DNA of 64,000 bases from Candidatus Cloacimonadota bacterium (GTDB taxonomy: Bacteria > Cloacimonadota > Cloacimonadia > G963667145): the NCBI GenBank assembly GCA_963667145.1, contig OY762943.1:1236251-1300250 (forward strand), given 5' to 3'. Below the pieces are notes generated by a model that was not told the DNA's origin, made no database searches, and saw only the letters and a program-made list of their open reading frames with translations. Made by a program: the position numbers and the translations under genes. Shown here one piece after another: positions 32,713 through 43,000 of this stretch; within the stretch, counting starts at the first letter, position 1, and every line of letters starts with the position of its first letter.

Positions 32713-32857
32713 AGTGGTCAGATTGAGCTTTCACGAGCTGATTTGACCATTTTTTTCACAATTTACGTGAAAGTTCTAAGCAATCTCCCCATTTTTTTAT
32801 AAACTTTCCTGTTACAAATCTTCAATTTAGGGTGGATACTTTTAGTGTGAACTTTCC
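31637..32857 (-). mobile_element. IS481-family-like insertion sequence (~1.22 kb) inserted inside a CRISPR repeat
   Basis: Imperfect terminal inverted repeats TGGGCGGTATGCAGTAAAAGTATCCACCC / GGGTGGATACTTTTAGTGTGAACTTTCCA share a perfect 16-bp core AAAAGTATCCACCC. A 15-bp direct duplication ACTACTGTAGAATTG of repeat sequence flanks both ends. A single DDE transposase ORF lies inside. Confidence 0.8.
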
Positions 32858-32858
32858 A

Positions 32859-35800
32859 ACTACTGTAGAATTGAAACTTGACTGCACTTTCGACAACTCT
32901 ATCCTCGTTCTCATATTTAAATTAGACTACTGTAGAATTGAAACTGACATCACATTTATTAGGTTTAATTTTGGTCTATATTTAAATTAGACTACTGTAG
33001 AATTGAAACTCGTGCAGGTACGCTCTGATGACGCTGTCAGCAACTATTTAAATTAGACTACTGTAGAATTGAAACAAAGATAAATTAGAGGGTTTATATT
33101 GTGAGCTGGAATTTAAATTAGACTACTGTAGAATTGAAACAGATATGGCGTGAGCCTTTCTGACGCACAATCTGAAATTTAAATTAGACTACTGTAGAAT
33201 TGAAACATGGAGATTAGGCTTGTGTCCGTAAACTCGAAGTATTTAAATTAGACTACTGTAGAATTGAAACTCGAACAAACCGCCTTTGTTGTTCACTCCA
33301 AGTAAATTTAAATTAGACTACTGTAGAATTGAAACTTGGTAAATTGTTGTAATTAAAAAATAGTGGCAAAAAATTTAAGTTAGACTACTGTAGAATTGAA
33401 ACAATTTTCTTTGCCTTATTCGTCAATATTTTCAAGGATATTTAAATTAGACTACTGTAGAATTGAAACACTTTTGTTGAATTATTCAAACCCTTGTCTT
33501 TATTATATTTAAATTAGACTACTGTAGAATTGAAACTTACAAGCTCCTTGAAATACTTCTGAATTGCATAACAATTTAAATTAGACTACTGTAGAATTGA
33601 AACTTTGTAGGTGCAAGTAGTTCGGCTCTTTCTTTGTCCGATTTAAATTAGACTACTGTAGAATTGAAACATGTTATTACCGTTACAAAGATGATGGAGG
33701 GAAAATACAATTTAAATTAGACTACTGTAGAATTGAAACTCGGCTGGCATATTGGTTGTATAGTCGATTGACAAAATTTAAATTAGACTACTGTAGAATT
33801 GAAACAAGGATTTGTAAAGATGGGTTGCTCTTATCCATTGGATTTAAATTAGACTACTGTAGAATTGAAACGGAGTAAAGTAAGTTTTGTCCCGACACGA
33901 CCGTGATAATTTAAATTAGACTACTGTAGAATTGAAACTTGTGTGTATTCGTTCTTTTTTTGTCTCGTCAGCATTTAAATTAGACTACTGTAGAATTGAA
34001 ACAAAATTTAAGAGGAGTATCATCGGTTAAACTGTTACCATTTAAATTAGACTACTGTAGAATTGAAACTAACCCGAATATTGAGAGCGTTTGCCTCGGC
34101 TGGGAATTTAAATTAGACTACTGTAGAATTGAAACACGAAATTCTCAATTTGGTTTTGAATTGACTCCAAATTTAAATTAGACTACTGTAGAATTGAAAC
34201 CTGCTTTTTGCTGATTGTTGTTTAGCTCCATCCAATTTAAATTAGACTACTGTAGAATTGAAACATCACAATGAAGAATGTAAACGCTTTTGTCTTATTG
34301 CAATTTAAATTAGACTACTGTAGAATTGAAACTTAATAGGCTCAAAAACAACTGCATTTCCTGAAGAATTTAAATTAGACTACTGTAGAATTGAAACTTT
34401 GCAGTGTTAACGATGTACATATCAAAAGAAGCCAATTTAAATTAGACTACTGTAGAATTGAAACACAAAGAGGGAGTGGCACTTACATTTTTGTGGATTT
34501 TATTTAAATTAGACTACTGTAGAATTGAAACAGGAGCTTTATGATAATGCGATGGAAACAGCAAAGCATTTAAATTAGACTACTGTAGAATTGAAACAAA
34601 GAGTTTAGTCAACCTCTACCTGCTATAAAAGTATTTAAATTAGACTACTGTAGAATTGAAACCTCAACAATGAATGCGACAAACCCATATATGCCAAAAT
34701 TTAAATTAGACTACTGTAGAATTGAAACTTTCGGCGGTATGAGCTTTATTCAAATGATTTACCCAATTTAAATTAGACTACTGTAGAATTGAAACCCCTA
34801 AAATAGCGGACTTGGTAGAAGAAAAAACAGAAATTTAAATTAGACTACTGTAGAATTGAAACATGCTTGAAAAAATTTATTTGATGTTTGGTGGGAAAAT
34901 TTAAATTAGACTACTGTAGAATTGAAACATTTTAAGGCTTGAAAATGTGGGGATTTTTGTCAAATTTAAATTAGACTACTGTAGAATTGAAACGATATTT
35001 AGTAGGATTGATTCTTTATATAAGTTTGAATTTAAATTAGACTACTGTAGAATTGAAACTTTGCAGTGTTAACGATGTACATATCAAAAGAAGCCAATTT
35101 AAATTAGACTACTGTAGAATTGAAACTAAAATCTGTCGTATGCCCCCTCTTCAACTCCCATTATTTAAATTAGACTACTGTAGAATTGAAACACAAAGAG
35201 GGAGTGGCACTTACATTTTTGTGGATTTTATTTAAATTAGACTACTGTAGAATTGAAACCTTGGTATTTACAAAGTGGAGGTCAAAGGAAGTTGCAGAAT
35301 TTAAATTAGACTACTGTAGAATTGAAACGGGTACTTGTCATTCTTGTAGCTCACAAAATACCGAGATTTAAATTAGACTACTGTAGAATTGAAACGTGCT
35401 TTACCTCCAAGTACATACTCCGCATGTTCCAATTTAAATTAGACTACTGTAGAATTGAAACAATTTAACCTCAGAGACTTTCACATTCAGCAAATAGGAT
35501 TTAAATTAGACTACTGTAGAATTGAAACCCGAAATAAACAATGCTGGTGTTGTTATTCAAAGTGAATTTAAATTAGACTACTGTAGAATTGAAACAGGAG
35601 CTTTATGATAATGCGATGGAAACAGCAAAGCATTTAAATTAGACTACTGTAGAATTGAAACATAGCATCCTTAATCTTTGCCAAATTACCATCAAGGATT
35701 TAAATTAGACTACTGTAGAATTGAAACAATTTAACCTCAGAGACTTTCACATTCAGCAAATAGGATTTAAATTAGACTACTGTAGAATTGAAGCCCGAAA

Positions 35801-36125
35801 TAAACAATGCTGGTGTTGTTATTCAAAGTGAATTTAAATTAGACTACTGTAGAATTGAAACAGGAGCTTTATGATAATGCGATGGAAACAGCAAAGCATT
35901 TAAATTAGACTACTGTAGAATTGAAACAGAAAATTTTGGAGTTTTTTTCATTTTTGGAAAGAGATTTAAATTAGACTACTGTAGAATTGAAACAAGCTAT
36001 TCTTGGGGGAAATAAAATGAGTAAATGAATATTTAAATTAGACTACTGTAGAATTGAAACATTTTAAGGCTTGAAAATGTGGGGATTTTTGTCAAATTTA
36101 AATTAGACTACTGTAGAATTGAAAC
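32859..36125 (+). CRISPR. CRISPR array, distal half (about 50 repeats), resuming with the 3' part of the split repeat
   Basis: It has the same repeat as the proximal half. It includes the variant repeats ATTTAAGTTAG... (about 33372) and ...GAATTGAAGC (about 35790). Confidence 0.95.
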
Positions 36126-36181
36126 TATGAGAGATTTATAAAAAAATACGACCGTCCAGAATTTGATAACGTCTCAAAGTT

Positions 36182-36671
36182 GGTGTAAATTTAAAAAGTA
36201 AAAAATGGTCACTTTTGCTCTTATGTTACAAAAAGTTAACACGAGGAGGCAAAAATGACCAACAACCATGATAAAAAACTTGAAGAATTTACAAATTTTG
36301 TCAAGGATGAAACGAGTAATAATTTAACAAAAATTTTGAAAACAGCTGTACATCAACTGTTTCAAGCAGAATTAGAATCATATTTGAATGCTAAAAAATA
36401 TGAGAGAAATCAGGAGCGAACAACTTATAGAAGTGGATTTAGAACTAGAAAACTTGCCACTAGTTTAGACGATGAGAAAAAATCATTTAGGATTTTTTCA
36501 TAGTTGTGAAAGTTGTAATCTTCTAATTGGAGCAATTTTAGTTCAGCAAAATGAGGATTGGCTTGAAGGACTAACCTATATGAGTATAATAAAAAAAGAG
36601 CCAACTTACGGAAAAAACTCAAGTTAGCAGAAAATTTTTAGAAATAATTAAAACATGAGAGAATTTACACC
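36182..36671 (+). mobile_element. Putative internally deleted IS256-family remnant bounded by 10-bp inverted repeats GGTGTAAATT / AATTTACACC
   Basis: The terminal inverted 10-mers are at 36182-36191 and 36662-36671. It encloses an 82-codon ORF resembling the N-terminus of IS256-family transposases. Confidence 0.35.
36255..36503 (+). pseudogene. Truncated IS256-family (mutator-type) transposase, N-terminal fragment only
   Basis: LTKILKTAVHQLFQAELESYLNAKKYERNQERTTYRSGFRTRKL parallels the IS256 Tnp N-terminus (...NQLMENQRTEYIQAKEYERTENRQSQRNGYYER...). It stops after 82 aa and the catalytic DDE region is absent. Confidence 0.6.
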
Positions 36672-36696
36672 ACAAATGAGACTTGACTCCGATTTC

Positions 36697-36726
36697 ATTT
36701 AAATTAGACTACTGTAGAATTGAAAC
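36697..36726 (+). repeat. Orphan CRISPR repeat 570 bp beyond the array end
   Basis: An exact 30-bp copy of the array repeat, separated from the last array repeat by the IS256-like remnant. Confidence 0.9.
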
Positions 36727-37063
36727 TATGGTTATACAAATAGAGATAGATTATGCAAAGGATTTAGTTAACTTGAAAAGTTTTTTTTGGCTGTGAGACG
36801 CCCTCTACTGTAAGGCAACAAAAAAGGTCGCAATCCTTTAGGACTACGACCCCAATTCCGGAGAAGAATTGAACCCTCTATAGTCAGTCAAAAAAAAGAG
36901 GGCTTTCTAATCAGTCTATCATCTTAGAGGGGAGAAAAGAAAATTCCCCTCAAACTATTTTGTTCATGGTTAAAAAGGTTTATAACTATAGATTGAATAA
37001 GCTAAAAACTATTTAACAAATTGTTGATTAGTGGAAAATAATTGCAAGAAAAAGTTTGATTTT

Positions 37064-40000
37064 TTAGTTAGAGAAAGCGGGTTTGTTTGCAAGTAACCAA
37101 GCATTTGCATTTGTGTCAAACCCAGGAGGTGTAGGGAGGAACTGAGTCCATGTATTCCAGTTAATAAGATTTTGGTTGAAAATAGAAGCCCCGTTGAACA
37201 TATATTCCATATTGTTTACTTTACTCAAATTCCAGTCACTAATATCTTGATCGAAACCGCGAGCACCAGTAAACATCCAGCTCATATTTTCTACATTAGC
37301 AGTTTTTTCTTTCCAGTTGCCAATATTACCGTTGAATGCAGTGTTTCCGTAAAAGAGGCTACTCATGTCTTTTACATTGATTACATTCCATCCGCCGATG
37401 TCTTGATTGAAAGGAGTTTCTCTGAACATGGCTGCCATGGTGGTCACTTTGCCTACATCCCAGCTACTTATATCTTGGTTGAAGGAACTTGCTTGATAGA
37501 ACATATAACTCATGTCATTTACATTGCTAGTTTTTGTTCCCCAGTTACCTATGCTGTCGTTAAAAGCGGTTGCTCCGAAGAACATACCACACATAGTGGT
37601 ATCGTTGCTTACATCCCAGTTACTAATTTTACCATTAAAAGAGGATGCAAATTTAAACATACCGTCCATCGCTTTTACTTTGCTCACGTTCCAATTGTTA
37701 AGGTTTTGATTGAATGCTTTACAACATTTTATGGTATCATCACCGCCGAACATATAACCCATGTCTTCTACGTTGCTAACATCCCAGCCACCAATTTCTT
37801 GGTTGAATGTGGTGTTTTCAAAGAACATATATCTCATATTTTTTACACTGCTCACTGTCCAGCCAGTAATATCTGCGTTGAAGGATTGAGCTCTGCAGAA
37901 CATACTGGTCATATCTGTTACCTTGCTCACGTCCCAGCCACTAATGTCTCCATTAAAGGCTTTGGCATCTGTGAACATATTACTCATATTTGTTACGCTA
38001 TCCACTTTCCAGTTGCTGAGGTCTTGATTGAATAGAGTATCGCCATAGAACATAAAGCTCATGTCTTTTACTCTGCTTACATCCCAGTTGCTGATATTTT
38101 GGTCGAAGTTACCATTATCCTTAAACAATCTGCTCATATCCGTAATCTCGGAGGTGTTGACTTTTTCTACATTTTCGCCGTTTGCTATCTTTGTTCTGAG
38201 ATCTTCTATGGTTATAGCAGGTATTGTCATCCTTATAGTGAAGTTGTTTCCAGTGCTGTCTCCGTTGGTGGTGTTCACAGCTATTGAACTAAGTGAAGTT
38301 GCTGTTGTTGCATCATAGTCAGTTGGCACGGTGAGTGCTACCGTATATGTTCCCGCCAAAAGTCCGCTGAAGGAGTATATGCCACGGTCGCCAGTAGTTG
38401 TGGTTTTATTGGAACTCCCGCTCAGAGTTATAGTTGCCCCCTTATAGGTAGCTCCAGTAACTGTGCTGACTTTGCCTGAGATGGAATAAGTTGGTGTCAG
38501 ATTGAAGTTGTTGTTTGTGCTGTCGGCGTTGCTGACGGTGATAGATTTGGTGGTATCGTCAGCGATGTAACTATTAGGGATAGTTAGGGTTACGTTGTAT
38601 GAGCCGTTTAGCACATTGAAAGCATAATCGCCGTTGGCATCTGTGGTGACAGTGTCGTTGAAATCAACAATCGGAGAAGTATTAGAAGTTCCGCTCAATC
38701 TTAAGGTGTCGCTTCCGTGTCCTGTCACTTTTCCAGAGACGGTATGATATTTCCATATGGCGAAATTTTTCCATGATATGTTGGAAGAAGTTAAACTGAC
38801 AGATATAGTTGTTGTGGGGGCATAATATCCACTTGGAGTGGTGAGCCTTACTTCGTATGAACCAGTAGTTGTTATTCCGCTGAATTTGTATGACCCGTCG
38901 CTTGCTGTGGTTGTGGTGGCAACGGAATCTTTTGAAACTCCTGGAACTACAAAATACAACTTCAACGTAGCATTTTCATATTTTTCTCCAGTAGCTCCGT
39001 TAGACACTTCTCCTGAGATAAAGTAAGTTTGTGTTAGCGTGAAGTCGTTGCCAGTGCTGTCAGCTTCGTTTATGTCTATGTCTAATGTTGTGTCGTTGGC
39101 AATCCAATCTTCAGGAATATCTATGGTTACATGGTATTTTCCACTTACCAATCCGTCGAAGGAGTAGTTTCCACTGACCCCTGTGAGAGTGGCAGAAGAG
39201 TCTCCGCTCAAGGTCAAAGTGACACCTCCATAGTTAAGGATAGATCCCTTGATGGAATAGGTCTTTTGTATAGTGAAGTTTTGCCCCGTGACGTTGTCAT
39301 TGCTAATCGTGATGGAGAGCGTTGTGTCTTTCGTGAAGTAACCAGTCGGGTTAGTGAGTTTGACTGTGTAATCTCCTGTTACTAATCCGCTGAAGGAGTA
39401 TGAGCCGTCGCCTATCGAGGTGGTAGAGGCGATGGAGTCTGCACTGGAGTTATACAAAGTCAGATATGCACCATCTGTGTAGTCGGAGGTGTTACTTCCG
39501 CTCAGGATGTTGACCTTGCCCAAGATGGAATAAGTTGGAATTAGCGTGAAGTCGTTGCCAGTGCTATCGGCATTATCTATGGGGATAGATTTGGTGGTAT
39601 CGACAGCGATGTAGTTCTCGGGGATAGTCAGAGTTAGGTTATAGGTTCCGTTTATTGCTTTGAAAGAGTAGTTCCCATTTTCATCCGTAACTGTTGTATC
39701 AGCGAAGTCTGTGAGTATAGTAGTAGTTCCGCTCAATCTTACGGTGTCGTTTCCATGTCCCGTAACTTTGCCAGAGACGGTGTATTTTTTCCATAAGGTA
39801 AAGTTGATTGTTTTGTCATTAGAATAGATTATGGTTGTGGGAGCTGAGTCGGTAACAAAATAGTCGCTTGGAGTAGAGAGTGTTATTGTGTATGTGTTGC
39901 CAGTTGATGACCCTAATACTCCACTGAATTTGTATTCACCGTTGATGTCTGTGGTGGCAGTGGCGATTTGATTTCCGCCAAAGCTCAAGGTTAAGGTAGC

Positions 40001-43000
40001 GTTTGCAATTTTTTCATCGTTATTCGCTGGAGCAGTAACAGTTCCCGAGATATTGTATGTCTGAGTCAGATTGAAGTTGTTGTTTGTGCTGTCGGCGTTG
40101 TTGACGGTGATAGATTTTGTGGTATCGTCAGCGATGTAGTTCTCGGGGATAGTCAGAGTTAGGTCATATGTTCCGTTTATTGCTTTGAAGGAGTAGTTGC
40201 CACTGCCATCTGTAACTGTTGTATCAGCAAAGAATGTGCCTGCATTAGTATTTCCGCTCAATCTTAAGGTGTCGTTGCTGTGTCCTGTGACCTTACCAGA
40301 GACGGTGTGATATTCCCAAATGGTGAAGTCTTGATTCGGTATATCACCACTCAGTGAGGAGACGTTTATGGTAGTGTCGGCGGAATAGTAATTGCTTGGC
40401 GTCGAGAGAGTTACTGTGTAGTTTCCTGCCACTAATCCGCTGAAAAAGTATGCACCATTCGTCGTTGGAATTGTTTTGTTCGCCGTCAAAGAGCCACCGC
40501 TTATCGTCACGTTGGCACTTCCCGTGAAGTTGCTACCGTTGAGCTTCACATTCCCCGAGATGGAATAAATCGGAGTCAGATAGAAGTCTTTTGTTACATT
40601 GCCTCCGCTTATCGTTATTGTCGCCGTGGTGTCGTCAGCGATGTAGTTCTCGGGGATAGTCAGAGTTAGGTCATATGTTCCGTTTATTGCTTTGAAGGAG
40701 TAGTTGCCACTGCCATCTGTTACTGTTGTATCAGCAAAGAATGTGCCTGCATTAGTATTTCCGCTCAATCTTATGGTGTCGCTTCCGTGTCCTGAGACCT
40801 TACCAGAGACGGTGTGGTATTCCCAAATGGTGAAGTCTTGATTCGGTATATCACCACTCAGTGAGGAGACGTTTATGGTAGTGTCGGCGGAATAGTAATT
40901 GCTTGGCGTCGAGAGAGTTACTGTGTAGTTTCCTGCCACTAATCCGCTGAAAAAGTATGCACCATTCGTCGTTGGAATTGTTTTGTTCGTCGTCAAAGAG
41001 CCACCACTTATCGTCACATCGGCACTTCCAGTGAAGTTGCTACCGTCGAGCTTCACATTCCCTGAGATGGTGTAAGTCGGGGTTAGATTGAAGTTCTTGG
41101 CGACATCGCTTCCGCTTATAGTTATTGTCTCGATGGTATCGTCGGCAATGTAGTTCTCGGGGATAGTCAGAGTTAGGTCATATGTTCCGTTTATTGCTTT
41201 GAAGGAGTAGTTGCCACTGCCATCTGTTGCTGTTGTATCAGCAAAGAATGTGCCTGCATTAGTATTTCCGCTCAATCTTAAGGTGTCGTTGCTGTGTCCT
41301 GTGACCTTACCAGAGACGGTGTGATATTCCCAAATGGTGAAGTCTTGATTTGGTATATTGCCACTCAGCAAGGAGACGTTTATGGTAGTATTGGCGGAAT
41401 AGTAACCGTTTGGTGTTGAGAGAGTTACTATGTAATTGCCTGCTTCCAATCCGCTGAAGGAGTATGAGCCGTCGCTTGTCGAGGTGATAGAGGCGATGGA
41501 GTCTGCACTGGAGTTATACAAAGTCAGAGTTGCACCATTGTATGTTCCGCTCGGCGAGATGTTGACTTTACCCGAGATGGAATAAACTGGAGTTAGCTTA
41601 AAGTTTTTGGGAATAGGGCCCGTCACAGTGTATGTTTCTGTTGTGTCATCGGCAATGTAATTATCAGGGATTGTTAGAGTTATGGTATATGTGCTGTCTT
41701 TTATTAGCCCTGCGAATGTGTATGTTCCGCCGTTCCCATTTGGAGTTGCTTGATGCACTTGGTTGTTTGCGTAGTCGGTTAGAGTCACGGTAACAGTTTC
41801 ACTGCTGTATCCAGTGATTGTTCCACCTATGGAATAAGTCGGAGCCAGCGTGAAGTCTTGATCTGGAGTGTTTGCACTCAGTGAGGAGATGTTTATGGTA
41901 GTGTTGGCACAATAGTAACCACTTGGTGTTGAGAGAGTTACGGTGTAATTTCCTGTCGTTAATCCGCTGAAGGAGTATGCACCATTCGTTGTTGTAATTG
42001 TTTTGTTCACCGTTAGAGAGCCACCGCTTATCGTCACATCTGCACTTCCCGTGAAGTTGCTTCCGTTGAGTTTAATATTCCCTGAGATGGTGTAAGTCGG
42101 AGTCAGATTGAAGTCTTTGGTTATATTGCCTCCGCTTATCGTTATTGTCTCGGTAGTATCGTCAGCAATGTATGTACTGGGGATAGTTAGCGTTAGAGTA
42201 TAGTTTCCGTCTATTGCATTGAAGGAATAGTTGCCACTGCCATCTGTAACTGTTGTGTCAGCGAAGACTGTGTTTGCATTAGTATTTCCGCTCAATCTTA
42301 AGGTGTCGTTGCTGTGCCCTGTGACCTTGCCAGAGACGGTGTGGTATTCCCAAATGGTGAAATTTTGCCCCGTGATGTTGGCATTGCTGATGGTAATGGA
42401 GAGAGTTGTGTCTTTTGAGAAGTATCCGCTCGGGTTAGTGAGCTTCACTGTGTAGTTCCCTGCCACTAATCCGATGAAGGAGTATGAGCCGTCGCTTGTC
42501 GAGGTGGTAGAGGCGATGGAGTTTGCACTGGAGTTATACAAAGTCAAAGTTGCACCGTTATTATATGATGCCCCGCTCGGCGAGATGTTGACAGCACCCG
42601 AGACAGTGTATGTTTTTTCCGTGATAGTGAAGTCGTTCCCCGTGCTGTCGGCATTGCTTAGTGTTACGGATTTTGTTGTAGTTGTGGCTGTGTAGTTGTT
42701 AGGAACTGTGAGTTTCACCGTGTAAGTGCCTGCCTCAATTCCTGCGAACGAATATGAACCATTGGCATCGGTAGTATCGCTCGACAAAGCTGTGGAGGAG
42801 GAATCGAAAAGAGTTAAAGTAGCATTTTGGTATTTGCTTCCTGTTGATGTTGTTACGTTTCCAGAAATTGTGTATGTTACTACAGTAATGGTAATGTCGT
42901 TGCCAGTAGTGTTGTTATTCTCCATCTTAACCGTGATGGTCTCAGTTTTGTCTTCTGGAAGTAAAACGGTTATGGTATAGTCTCCATTTTGGGTCACTGT

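Noticed and set aside
28922-35371. Short + strand ORFs inside the CRISPR array (e.g. 28922..29107, 33996..34181, 35053..35235, 35186..35371) that encode a recurring KLDYCRIET peptide
   Set aside because: They are translations of the 30-bp repeat in frame. They are artefacts of array periodicity, not genes.
36780-37063. Hairpins downstream of the giant lipoprotein gene (gaggggagaaaagaaaattcccctc and ccctct...agaggg) as its intrinsic terminator
   Set aside because: The stems are plausible, but neither is followed by a convincing T-tract on the minus strand. They are left unannotated.
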